From the NCBI GenBank assembly GCA_963748215.1, contig CAVVHS010000009.1:384001-448000 (forward strand): DNA of 64,000 bases, written 5' to 3'. The position numbers and the translations under genes are program-made. The DNA is from an uncultured Gammaproteobacteria bacterium. GTDB taxonomy: Bacteria > Pseudomonadota > Gammaproteobacteria > UBA9214. Every line of letters begins with the position of its first letter. The stretch's first letter is position 1. Of this stretch, positions 1 to 10,018 are shown in pieces. The notes beneath the pieces were generated by a model that searched no databases, was not told the DNA's origin, and saw only the letters and a list, made by a program, of their open reading frames with translations.

Positions 1-2
1 TC

Positions 3-1806
3 GATATCGATCACTTCAAGCGGATCAATGACAGCTTCGGCCATGCGGCGGGAGACACGGTCCTCAAAGCGGTTGCCAATGCCTTGCGTGGCATGTTGCG
101 CGGTAATGACGAGGTGTTTCGCTATGGTGGCGAGGAATTCTGCATGCTGCTGCCAGCAACCTACGAAGTCAACGCGCAGAAACTGGCGGAGCGATTGCGC
201 AGGAATATCGAGTTGCAGAAGATTGATAATGCGGTGGCAGGAGAGGTGATCAGTGTAACCGCCAGCATCGGTGTCAGTTCAATCACTTCCGGATCCGGCA
301 GCTTGTCGGAACTGATCGAGCAGGCCGATATCGCGCTTTATCATTCCAAGAATAACGGACGTAACCGCGTTTCTGTCTGGAGTGAAATGTTGCATGAGAC
401 CGGGCCGGCGTCTGTTGACGCGCAGGGCGGTAACCAGATGATAGCGGAGAATATGTTGGCGAGAGCCGGCCTCGATCATGTAACGGGTTTGCCGAGCCGG
501 ATCAATTTCAGGGAGAAGCTGGCGCAATCGATAGTAAAGTCGCGGGAATCAGGCAAGCACACTGCCGTGTTGCTGGTGGATCTGGATACCTTTCAGCGCA
601 TCAATAATGTATTTGGCTATACCTGCGGCGACACGATGTTGAATACCGTGGCACGAAGGTTGTCAGAATCACTGCGCGCCTCGGATGCGCTGGCCAAGCT
701 GCCGGAAGGTCTGCTGGATCAGAGTGTATACGGGCTGGGTGGCGATGAATTCGGTGTCCTCCTTGCAGAGATGTCAGCCAGCGATGATGTCAATATTGTT
801 GTCGAGCGCCTGATTAACAGCATTACCGAACCCTTCGAGGTCGATGGCCACCAGGTACACATGACGGTGAGCATTGGCGGCAGTCGCTATCCCGCTGATG
901 GCGAAGATGCAGATACCCTGATCACCCGGGCCGGACTCGCCTTGCAGCAGGCAAAACGTATGGGCAATCAAAATTGTCTGTTTTTCAGGGATGAATACAT
1001 CTCGACAGTGAGGCAGGATTACGAGATCGAGAAGGACCTGCGTCGTGCGCTGCAGGCAGATGAATTCGAGTTGTACTTCCAGCCGCAGCTCGATCTGGCT
1101 AGCCTGAAAGTCATTTCCATGGAGGCATTGATCAGATGGCACCATCCGGAGCGCGGCATGGTATCGCCCGCCGAATTCATACCTGTTGCAGAGGCTTCCG
1201 GCCTGATTGTGAATATCGGGCAGTGGGTAATCGAAACAGCCTGCAGACAGATCCGGAGCTGGCTTGACATGGGGATTGTCCTGCCGGTGGCTGTGAATAT
1301 CTCGGCGATACAGTTTCGCCATAAGAGTCTGATCGAACAGATCAGGAATGCAGTAGCATCTGCAAGAATCGATCCGGACTGTCTGGAACTGGAGATCACA
1401 GAATCGACCATTATGGAGAATGTTGACCATGCGCTTGAGACGATGGAGGAACTCAGGAAGTATGGTCACAGGATAACAATCGACGACTTTGGGACAGGCT
1501 ACTCCTCACTCGAGTATCTGAAGCGGTTCCCCGTCAGCACAATCAAGATCGACCGGGCATTCGTCAAGAATGTGGATGAAGACAAGAGTGATGCCGCCAT
1601 TGTGCAGTGCTGCAGTCACCATGGCACACGGTATGAATATGAAAGTGGTCGCGGAAGGGGTTGAGAACGAGCAGCAACTGTTCTTCCTGCGCAATTTGCG
1701 CTGCGACATGGTGCAGGGATATCTGCTGGGTTACCCGCTGCCTGCCTCCGAGGCAATCGCGCTGGTAGATGAAAACCATCGGCAGGCCAACTTAAGGGGG
1801 CTCTGA
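3..1806 (+). CDS. Tandem GGDEF-GGDEF-EAL diguanylate cyclase/phosphodiesterase, 5'-truncated by the window, one frameshift near 1610
   Basis: The frame from nt 3 reads DIDHFKRINDSFGHAAGD...RGND-EVFRYGGEEF. A second GGDEF (DLDTFQRINNVFG...GGDEF) and an EAL domain (MEALIRW, DDFGTGYSSL) follow. The EAL C-terminus (VVAEGVENEQQ...QGYLLG) continues in the 1570..1806 frame. Confidence 0.9.
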
Positions 1807-1807
1807 T

Positions 1808-2092
1808 TGGTGAGGAGTTCTGCATGCTGCTGCCTGAAACGTACGAAGTCAACGCGCAGAAACTGGCGGAGCGATTCCGCAGGAGTATCGAGTCGCAGAA
1901 GATTGACAATGCGGTGGCAGGAGAGGTGATCAGTGTAACCGCCAGCCTTGGTGTCAGTTCAATCACTTCCGGATCCGGCAGCTTGTCGGAACTGATCGAG
2001 CAGGCCGATATCGCGCTTTATCATTCCAAGAATACCGGGCGTAACCGCGTTACTGTCTGGAGTGAAATGACGTATGAGACCGAGCCGGCATC
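1808..2092 (+). repeat. Direct duplicate of the C-terminal half of the first GGDEF domain (copy of ~128-412); gene fragment
   Basis: Lines 1801-2100 align ungapped with lines 121-420 at an offset of 1680 bp, with about 19 substitutions by manual count. The copy begins at GEEF right after the stop codon of the upstream gene. Confidence 0.9.
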
Positions 2093-2179
2093 GCTGTCTT
2101 CAGGTGGCTGTCAGGCTGGCCGATATTTTTCATGTGACTACCTATAACGGGCAGGCGTGACACAGGCAGGGCCACTAAA

Positions 2180-2647
2180 ATGACAGATTTCCCCGGTGAC
2201 AGCAAAGGTTCAGGTAATTTTTCTCTGGAAACCCTGGACACGGCACAAACTGACCGTGCCAGATCATCGTTCGTTATCGATCTGCGCCGATCTCCACGTA
2301 TTGAGACGCGCCTGCCGGCCAGACTCATATCGGAGCGCGGCACGGTTAAAGGTCTGGTCACCAATCTATCCCGCACTGGCTTGCGTTTTGAGGCTGGCAA
2401 GGCACTGGCAGATCTAATGATTGCGAATTCCGGCCGTGTGACCGAGGGCGCCGGGATTACTGTGGAGGTTTGCTTTGAGGTGCCGGCAACCGATGCGGGT
2501 TCTCAGGCTGTGATCGTGCTGGCACGGAACGTTTACGTCATTCAGAGCAGCAGTGAAAATTACCAGTGTGGTCTTGAGTTCAAGTTCTTCGCTGAAGGCG
2601 AGGATGTACTTGTGAACTACCTGCACGAAAGGGGGGTTGCCGGCTGA
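2180..2647 (+). CDS. PilZ domain c-di-GMP receptor protein
   Basis: RRSPR (RxxxR) and NLSRTG (D/NxSxxG) motifs, C-terminal GLEF; adjacent to the GGDEF/EAL gene. Confidence 0.8.
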   Translation: MTDFPGDSKGSGNFSLETLDTAQTDRARSSFVIDLRRSPRIETRLPARLISERGTVKGLVTNLSRTGLRFEAGKALADLMIANSGRVTEGAGITVEVCFEVPATDAGSQAVIVLARNVYVIQSSSENYQCGLEFKFFAEGEDVLVNYLHERGVAG

Positions 2648-2745
2648 AGATTGTGCTATCTGCCGGTTCGGTCTCCGCAAGGCGGTGGCCCAATGAAGTG
2701 TGAAGCCGGAATGACTATCTGATCGTTGCAGTGGCTAATGTGCAA

Positions 2746-4065
2746 TTACTGGATAGTATTGACCTGTTGGGGCGGTTTGACCTCGCAAGCCCAGAGTAGT
2801 TTTCCGGTGCCGGCGAGGATTCTGTAGGCACTGAATATGAGATCATTCAGGCCGTTTATGTAGTTGATGCTTGCCTGGAATACCTCGTTCTCCTGGTCGA
2901 GTAAATCAAGCAGGGTGCGTTGGCCAATGTTGAACTGCTTGCGGAAGACCACTAATGCCTGTTTGCTCGCATCTTCGTAAACCTTGAAGTGTTCAAGCTG
3001 GGTTTTTGCTGTCTCGTAGGCGTTCCACGAGAGCTGGATCTCTTCAACGACCTGTCGATAGGTGCGTTCATGAAACTCCCGCGCCTGCCGGAGTTTAAAG
3101 ACGCTCTCCTTGCGTTTTGCAGTGTCGCTGCCGCCGGTGAGTTTGTACTGTCCCCGCACCATCACTTCCGCATCATTGTTGGAACCCCGTACACCATCAA
3201 GATTGTCGTTATTGGAACCCTTTATCTCGAGGTCTATCCTTGGGAAAAACAATGCGTTCGCTGCTGAATGCTGCTGTCGTGCAGCCTCGATACCGGCATC
3301 GGCGGACTTGAGCCTGGGGTGATTCTCCACGGCGATAGCAGTTGCCTCGTCGAGTGTCGCGGGTAACAGATGCGCCGGGGGTGCCGGTTCGGCCAGATTG
3401 GCCGGGTCATGACCGACGATATTCCTGAATGTGGCTCGTGCATCCCTCAAGCGGTTTTGCTCTGCCATGAGATTGGTCCGGGCCAGGGCAAGACGCCCCA
3501 GCGACTGCTGGACATCTGCCTTGCTGCTCACGCCGCGTTCGTCGCGCTTGACAATGCGGTCATAGGTTTCCTGATGGCTCTTCAGGTTTTCGGTTGCCAA
3601 CTGGACGAGTTTTTGTTCGCTGATAAAATTCAGGTAGGCCTCTACCGCCTTGAGACCGACAGCTTCAGCAGTCGCGAAGGTATCGTAGGCCTGTGAGTTC
3701 ACACGTGCGCGCTGTCGTCCGAATTCGCTCTTCGTTCCAAAACCATCAAACAGCAACTGCCTGATCCTGATTTCAGCCTCCTGCCGGTTTAAATTCCTGG
3801 AACCGTCGCCGGCAGTTCGTGTCGTTGGATTGTCACTGGTTTCCCGGCCGGCCCCGGCGCTGATGTCAACCTGTGGAAAGAAACCACCTCTGGCTTGTTC
3901 CATCTGTTGTTCGACAGAATCCCGTTCGCTGCCGGCTATCAGTATGTCCGGATTGGATTCGATGGTTTCCCTTACTGTGTCTGCAAGGGATACGGCGAAT
4001 GCATCGCCACCCAGCGTCAACCCGAGTAATTGAGGAATTATCCAGCGCCATATTCGCATGGTCAT
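2746..4065 (-). CDS. TolC-family outer membrane protein (T1SS LapE/AggA-like)
   Basis: Signal peptide, 'FFPQVDISAG', 'RQLLFDGF' and 'QFNIGQRTLLDLLDQENE' signatures. Confidence 0.9.
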   Translation of the reverse strand: MTMRIWRWIIPQLLGLTLGGDAFAVSLADTVRETIESNPDILIAGSERDSVEQQMEQARGGFFPQVDISAGAGRETSDNPTTRTAGDGSRNLNRQEAEIRIRQLLFDGFGTKSEFGRQRARVNSQAYDTFATAEAVGLKAVEAYLNFISEQKLVQLATENLKSHQETYDRIVKRDERGVSSKADVQQSLGRLALARTNLMAEQNRLRDARATFRNIVGHDPANLAEPAPPAHLLPATLDEATAIAVENHPRLKSADAGIEAARQQHSAANALFFPRIDLEIKGSNNDNLDGVRGSNNDAEVMVRGQYKLTGGSDTAKRKESVFKLRQAREFHERTYRQVVEEIQLSWNAYETAKTQLEHFKVYEDASKQALVVFRKQFNIGQRTLLDLLDQENEVFQASINYINGLNDLIFSAYRILAGTGKLLWACEVKPPQQVNTIQ

Positions 4066-4759
4066 GCAAAACTCATTCGTGTCTCATTAAGCAATACCCT
4101 GATCATGTCCCTGGCCTCCGTGCCATTTTTGAGAACAGTACCTATATATCCAATTGGATTCAATATGTTGCACTGGGAAGATTCAACTTTGTATTGCAGC
4201 GGGTAATTTGTGCTGGTTTTACGAAGACTTTGGAGGGCGTGTGGTGAATACCTGTCCATACAGCAATCTGTGTCTGGAAAAGTCAGCTGAAATACGGTGC
4301 CTGTAAACAGATACCGTGAATTGCACGCTATTTCTACTGTCACCATTTATGATCCCCTGCATATAACGGCCGTAACGATGGATAAGTAAAGTTGTGTATG
4401 TGGTATTTCCCGAAGGCCATAACCTCTTTTCAGGTCGGCAGCATTACAGAATGCTGTGCTGTGAGTGTGCTCAACAAATCGTTCCAGTCACCCGCTCACC
4501 AATGGGGCGTGATAGCGGAGAGCAGTGGGGCTTGATCGCCTCAACACCCAAAATCCGGACGCTGACGAGTAAGTGATGATGCAGAAATCACAGGTCGCTG
4601 TCAGGGCTGAAATATCCAGGAGCCGATGCAAGAAATGCGCCTAGCATTCTAGTCCTGTTCATCATGGAGTGAGGCATGATTCATGAAATAAGAATTCCAG
4701 CAGCGATGATGAATCGCCACGGAAGCACGCGGAATGTCACGAAAATAAACAATGCATCC

Positions 4760-5570
4760 TGTGTGTGGCGAATTGATGTTCAGGCGACAGCGTGTAGTTG
4801 GAAAAGTCCATGGCAATGAGATTTCCATCGGAATTGCTTGAGGGTGGCACGGCGGATCACGGTTTTGCCACGGATTTCTGACGTTGCATCACCGTCAAGC
4901 GACGTGTGGACGCGATGGGCGTTGTAATACTGTCTGAATGCTTCCAGTTTTCATTCCAAGTCACTGGCATTCCAGAAGAGCATTTGATCAAGGTGCTCAC
5001 GACGAATGGTCCCGATCAGCCGTTCGACGAAGAGATGCGATAGCGGTGTATACGGGACGGTCTTGATCTCATCGGCACCAAGAATCTTCATATTCGCATG
5101 CTATTGGTGATACAGAAATAGTGGATCGTTAACAGAGCTGAGATATTTTTGGGAACCTCTGGATGAGATAGCGGAGTTGAACATGCGACAAAGGGCGATA
5201 CCGTCGACATCACCGGCATGGATACTAAAGCCGATGATGCGCGGAGTGAACTGATACATAATCACGAGCACCCAACGGCTTTTCAAAAGAATGGATTCGC
5301 ACCGGAACAGGTCAATGCTCCAGAGGCTATCCTTGCCGTGCCCAGGGAAAGTCAGCCATGACGGTCCACCGCCATCGAAACCAGGCCGGTAGTGTGCAGC
5401 GAGGACACGTCTAATGACATCTCTATATGTTAATTCCAAAGGCTTTATTGATCTGCTGTGCGATCCGTGGGCAGCCAAACCGTGGGTTACGTTGCTTCAT
5501 TTTGACAATGGCCTGCATGAGTTCCTGTGATGGACCTTTGGGGCCGGGTTTTGTTTACTGCCAGTATCTT
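4760..5570 (-). mobile_element. Decayed insertion sequence: integrase-core (DDE, IS3/IS481-like) transposase pseudogene with its right end near 4760
   Basis: Minus-strand fragments KPGPKGPSQELMQAIVKMKQRNPRFGCPRIA, WSIDLFRCES and ERLIGTIRREHLD...YYNAHRVHTSLDG, broken by a frameshift and in-frame stops. A TG-starting end (tgtgtgtggcgaatt) lies at ~4760. Confidence 0.75.
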
Positions 5571-5574
5571 CCTT

Positions 5575-5786
5575 CGTATCATTCGCGCCATGTAAACACA
5601 CCGATGCCATTCGAGAACTGCGCGGAATTCGAAGACACGGTCCTCAGGGTCGCGGATTTCGAACACCGGCTCGATGCGCTGCTTTACTGGCGGATCAGGG
5701 AACGCTTCGAGGCGCACCTCGGTGGAAAGGGGGCACGCTTCCTGATGCCGGTGCACGTGGACCTGTTACAGAAGGTTGGTGACTGA
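5575..5786 (+). pseudogene. Possible C-terminal fragment of a class I SAM-dependent methyltransferase
   Basis: ...RIRERFEAHLGGKGARFLMPVHVDLLQK resembles C-termini I recall from proteobacterial methyltransferases. It abuts the IS remnant. Not verified. Confidence 0.3.
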
Positions 5787-5888
5787 ATTTAATGAGGCCG
5801 AATACGATGGTGGCTTGTTTACCAAAGCTGTCTCATAATCCCTCGCGAACCGCGTTGCTGCCCGAAAGGTGTGCATTGCCGCTCCCGA

Positions 5889-6042
5889 CATGGACCAGGC
5901 CAGTCTCTCGACCCGGGCTATGTGCGTAAAAATGGTCTATCCTTCTCCTGCCTCCCGCAGCGATGTACAGGAAGTCCGAGTGTCGCGAAGCACAGGGAGA
6001 AGGTGAGACCGCGTAGCGGTCGAGAGGCTGGCCTGGGCTATG
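5889..6042. repeat. Inverted-repeat (MITE/REP-like) element; related partial copy at ~30287-30335
   Basis: catggaccaggccagtctctcgacc (5889-5913) pairs with ggtcgagaggctggcctgggctatg (6018-6042). The same arm, catggcccaggccagcctctcgacccggg, occurs at 30287. Confidence 0.65.
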
Positions 6043-6224
6043 CGCGAGAGCGACCACTTGTACGTCCCTGTACATCTCGAGGTACACTGCACGGCACGGT
6101 ACTTGATGTACGGGCAAGCCGGGCAACACAGCAAGCGCGTATAGTCGGGTACACTCTTTTGGGGAACGGGCAATTCGCTTCCTGGCATAGTTGCAGCTCG
6201 TTCATGTAGCACCGGCTGCACCAA

Positions 6225-6323
6225 GCCCACTGCGCCCGCCGTGCTTTTCAGTTCCGGATTGCCCATGCCGGATAACGCCCGGTAAAGGCTTTCCCTGTTC
6301 AGGCCGGTCGCTTCTAGCAGCAT
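6225..6323 (-). pseudogene. Fragment of an HTH addiction-module antidote (HI1420-like antitoxin)
   Basis: EATGLNRESLYRALSGMGNPELKS matches the typical xTGLSRESLYKALSxxGNP motif; the N-terminus is missing. Confidence 0.55.
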
Positions 6324-6433
6324 GTGCTCTGTTTCGTAAGGGCTTTTTGTAACGCGTGAGGTGAGGTTTCAACCGGGCCGGAGATTCGGGATAATCCCGT
6401 TCACATAAAACGAGCACGGGACACAGGAGCTGC

Positions 6434-7132
6434 ATGGAAAACGAAGATCGGAATACAGGCGCTAACAGGCGGCCGGGGGCCAGGACCTGGGTTCTGATGG
6501 CGCTGGTCGCTCTTATCACCGTTATCGCCGTCTTGGTGGTGCCGGTGGACGACAAGGATGCGCCGACATCCCTGCCTGAACTGCCGTCTGCCCCGGGCAC
6601 AGAGGAACTGCCGCAACAGCCTTTCGGCCCAGACGTATCCGGAACGCTCGAGTCATCGTCCGGCGCGCAACAGCCATCCGCCACGGGCACATCCAGGTCA
6701 CTTGATCTGCCGTTGCCGCCGGGTGGTGTTGCCACCGTCACTGGCGGGGGCGAGGGAGCGCGCACCTTCCTGTACAGATTGCAAGCCAGCGGCGCTGAGC
6801 CTGATCCGGAGGTGGTCTTTGCCGAGGCAGAACGCTTGCAGGGCAGGGGTGAGCTGGAAGACGCCTACCTGCTATACCGTTATGCGGCCCGTCATGGCCA
6901 CACGCAGGCGGCCATCAAGCTCGGCACGGAGGCAGATCCGGCCTATCACTCGGCAGCTGACAGTTACCTTCCGGAGCCGGTGCCCGGCCAGGCCCGCAAG
7001 TGGTACAGCATGGCCGCTGCCGCCGGCGACGTGGAAGCCGGTCAGCGTCTGGAGGACCTGCGTGTACGTCTGGAGCGTGATGCAGCCGCCGGGGATGAGC
7101 AGGCACAGCGACTGCTGCTACAGTGGCGATGA
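6434..7132 (+). CDS. Membrane-anchored Sel1-like repeat protein
   Basis: N-terminal TM helix, Pro-rich linker, Sel1-type segments (YRYAARHGHTQAAIKLG; ARKWYSMAAAAGDVEA); RBS caggag; ATGA overlap with the next gene. Confidence 0.7.
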   Translation: MENEDRNTGANRRPGARTWVLMALVALITVIAVLVVPVDDKDAPTSLPELPSAPGTEELPQQPFGPDVSGTLESSSGAQQPSATGTSRSLDLPLPPGGVATVTGGGEGARTFLYRLQASGAEPDPEVVFAEAERLQGRGELEDAYLLYRYAARHGHTQAAIKLGTEADPAYHSAADSYLPEPVPGQARKWYSMAAAAGDVEAGQRLEDLRVRLERDAAAGDEQAQRLLLQWR

Positions 7133-9096
7133 TCAGCCGGGAGAGGGTGACGATGAGGAACACATTGCTTGTGCTGGTGATGGCCATGCTGGCCTGCCAG
7201 GCAGTGACCGCCATGGGGGCGGGGAGCGCTGACAGGCCGCTGCTGATGACGGGCAAACACAGTCTGTACCAGCGCGTACTGTCCGTGCCCGGTGCCCGGC
7301 TCGCCGACAGGCCAGGCGGCACGGCGGACAAGCCGGTCGTGCCCTTCACCGCCTTCTATGTCTATGCCCGCGAGCAGCAGGGCGGCAGGGAATGGATCGA
7401 GGTCGGCACGAACCGCTACGGCAGCCGCGCGGGATGGCTGCGCGGTTCAGAATCCATCGAATGGAACCATGGGCTTACGGCCGCATTCGAGGACCCGGCC
7501 GGACACGACCGGGTGCTGCTGTTCAGGGATAGCGATTCCCTGCGCCGGATTGCCGAGCAGAACGACCTGAATACCTACCAGCGGCTGTACGACGAGGCGG
7601 TAAAGGGACAACTTTCCGATGATTCGCCCGTGGTCGCCATCCAGCCGGCTGGCCACCTCGATATCCGGGAGGATTTCTACCTCGTGCCGATTCAACGCTA
7701 CGAGGACGTCTATCTTGGCAGCGTGAAGGCACGCCTGCTGCAGGTCTCCAGCGTGCCACTGGCCGCCGAGGACGCCGGCGCCGTCAGGCGGGGCTACACG
7801 GCGGGCCTGGTGTTTGTCATCGACTCCACCCTGTCGATGCAGCCCTACCTCGAGCGTACCCGCAAGGCGGTGACCACCATCTTCGATACCCTGGCTAAGG
7901 CCGACCTGCTCGGTCAAATGAACTTCGGCCTGGTGGCCTACCGCGACAACGTCGCCGCTGCTCCCGGGCTGGACTACCTGGTGCGAACCTATGTCGACCT
8001 CGACGAGGGACGCGATGCCGACGGTTTTCTCTCCCGCCTGAAAACGCTGCGCGATGCCAGCGTGTCGAGCCGGGATTTCACCGAGGATGCCTATGCCGGA
8101 GTGAAGCAGGCGATCGAGGGGATCGACTGGGCGGGTCACGATGCCCGCTATATCGTGCTGGTGACCGATGCCGGAGCGCGAGATGCCGATGACCCGCTGT
8201 CCAGTACGGCCCTGGACGCCGAACACCTGCGGCAACTGGCACAGGAGAAGGGGATTGCCATTTTCGTGCTGCACCTGCTGACAGGCGCCACCATGGCGGA
8301 TCACGCGGCGGATGCCGCGCAATATCGACGGCTGGCGGACTTCCCGGGTGTCGGCAGCCTGTACTACGGCGTACCCACCGGCGATGTCAACGAATTCGGC
8401 CGGGTGCTGGATGCGCTGGCAGGCCAGATCACCGGGCAGGTACGGATAGCCGCCACGAACCGGCCGGCGCCGGTTCCGGCACCGGCCAGCGACAATGCGC
8501 AACTCGCCGAGCTGCAGGAGCGGGTGGTAAAGCTGGGCTATGCGCTGCGCATGCGCTACCTGCGCAAGACCACCGATGGCAAGCTGCCCACCATGTTCGA
8601 TGCCTGGCTGCTGGACCGTGACTTCCGCAATCCGCAACGCAACTCCCTGGACGTGCGGGTGCTGCTCAGCCGTGACCAGCTCTCGGACCTGAGTGATGTG
8701 CTTATGCGGGTGCTCGAGGCGGCGGAAGAGGGCCTGCTGTCACCGCAGAACTTCCTCAGCGAACTGCAGAGCCTCGCTGCGACCGCCACGCGCGATCCCG
8801 AGCGCCTGGGTGCGACGACGGCTACCACGGCGGGCGCGGGTGGCAGCCTGGCGGACCTGGGTTTCATGCGCGAGTACATCGAGGACCTCCCCTATACCGG
8901 TGAGGTGATGGGCATGTCGCTGGCTGACTGGCAAAGCTGGTCGACGCAAGAGCAGATCGCCTTCCTCAATCGCCTGGAGGACAAGGTCAGCTATTACCGC
9001 GCCCTGCACGATCATACCGATCTCTGGATCAGTCTGGATGGTGGGCCGGTCAGCGGTGACTCGGTCTACCCGATCAAACTGGAACAGTTGCCCTGA
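7129..9096 (+). CDS. Secreted vWA-domain protein resembling the periplasmic C-terminal region of the T6SS kinase PpkA (no kinase domain)
   Basis: Signal peptide, RPLLMTGKHSLYQRVLSVPGA, MIDAS-like FVIDSTLSMQPY, LVAYRD, VLVTDAG. Followed by TagT/TagS-like ABC genes. Confidence 0.75.
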   Translation: MISRERVTMRNTLLVLVMAMLACQAVTAMGAGSADRPLLMTGKHSLYQRVLSVPGARLADRPGGTADKPVVPFTAFYVYAREQQGGREWIEVGTNRYGSRAGWLRGSESIEWNHGLTAAFEDPAGHDRVLLFRDSDSLRRIAEQNDLNTYQRLYDEAVKGQLSDDSPVVAIQPAGHLDIREDFYLVPIQRYEDVYLGSVKARLLQVSSVPLAAEDAGAVRRGYTAGLVFVIDSTLSMQPYLERTRKAVTTIFDTLAKADLLGQMNFGLVAYRDNVAAAPGLDYLVRTYVDLDEGRDADGFLSRLKTLRDASVSSRDFTEDAYAGVKQAIEGIDWAGHDARYIVLVTDAGARDADDPLSSTALDAEHLRQLAQEKGIAIFVLHLLTGATMADHAADAAQYRRLADFPGVGSLYYGVPTGDVNEFGRVLDALAGQITGQVRIAATNRPAPVPAPASDNAQLAELQERVVKLGYALRMRYLRKTTDGKLPTMFDAWLLDRDFRNPQRNSLDVRVLLSRDQLSDLSDVLMRVLEAAEEGLLSPQNFLSELQSLAATATRDPERLGATTATTAGAGGSLADLGFMREYIEDLPYTGEVMGMSLADWQSWSTQEQIAFLNRLEDKVSYYRALHDHTDLWISLDGGPVSGDSVYPIKLEQLP

Positions 9097-9881
9097 TGCC
9101 GTGGCCCCTGCAGGCTGTGAAGAGGGTGCATGAGGCGGTGAGCGAACCCCAGCGCAGCACCATCTACCTGTTGCACGATGTGGTTAAGGACCGCACGTCC
9201 CGGGGAGTGGGATTCCGCCTCCGGGTGCCGCGTCTGCGGATCAACCAGGGCGAGCAGATCGCCCTGATCGGTGAGTCGGGCAGCGGCAAGTCGACCCTGC
9301 TGGACATGCTGGCCTTCGTTCTGCAGCCATCCTCGGCGGGCGCCTTTCGTTTCCGTCCGGGAGAGGACGGGAATCCCGTCGATGTGGTCGATTGCTGGCA
9401 GCGTGCCAGGCAGGACAAGCTGGGTGACCTGCGCAAGCGTCATATCGGATACGTGATGCAGACCGGTGGCCTGCTGCCCTTCCTGTCGGTACGCGACAAT
9501 ATCAGCCTCAGTCGCAATGTGCTTGGCATGAAACGTGACGGGACGGTGGAACACCTCGCCGAGATGCTGGGCATCGCCAGCCAGTTGAAGAAACTGCCGG
9601 CTGATCTGTCCACGGGCGAGCGCCAGCGCGTGGCCATCGGCCGCGCGCTGGCGCACCGGCCCGACATCGTGATCGCCGACGAGCCAACCGCCTCGCTGGA
9701 TCCGTTTGCCGCGGAAAAGGCCATGTCACTGTTTCTCTCGGTGGCACAGGAGTTCAATTCGACGGTGATCCTCGCCAGCCATGCCTGGCGCAACGTCAAG
9801 GAGCTCGGGCTGCGGCGGCTGTCCCACCGCACCACACATTCAAAGGACAGCAAGCTGACAGAAACGGTGGTCAGCGGCTAG
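9096..9881 (+). CDS. ABC transporter ATP-binding protein (TagT-like)
   Basis: Walker A GESGSGKST, signature LSTGERQRV, Walker B IVIADEPTASLD. Confidence 0.9.
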   Translation: MPWPLQAVKRVHEAVSEPQRSTIYLLHDVVKDRTSRGVGFRLRVPRLRINQGEQIALIGESGSGKSTLLDMLAFVLQPSSAGAFRFRPGEDGNPVDVVDCWQRARQDKLGDLRKRHIGYVMQTGGLLPFLSVRDNISLSRNVLGMKRDGTVEHLAEMLGIASQLKKLPADLSTGERQRVAIGRALAHRPDIVIADEPTASLDPFAAEKAMSLFLSVAQEFNSTVILASHAWRNVKELGLRRLSHRTTHSKDSKLTETVVSG

Positions 9882-10018
9882 GAGCCTGTCTGAGTGATGC
9901 AGATACATGGACAGGCTGAACCACAGATGAAGACACAAGACTCAAACCGTTCTGTAAACCTGTCCTCGTTCCGGGCGTGCATCATGCAACAGTCCCTCCC
10001 GGCCATCCGCGCTGTGTC

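Noticed and set aside
128-2092. GGDEF repeat pair as a diversity-generating retroelement TR/VR
   Set aside because: Mismatches involve all four bases rather than being adenine-specific, and no reverse transcriptase is present in the window.
4066-4750. Short ORFs or an ncRNA in the AT-rich region upstream of tolC
   Set aside because: No recognisable protein motif, RBS-supported ORF or RNA family; treated as promoter or intergenic DNA.
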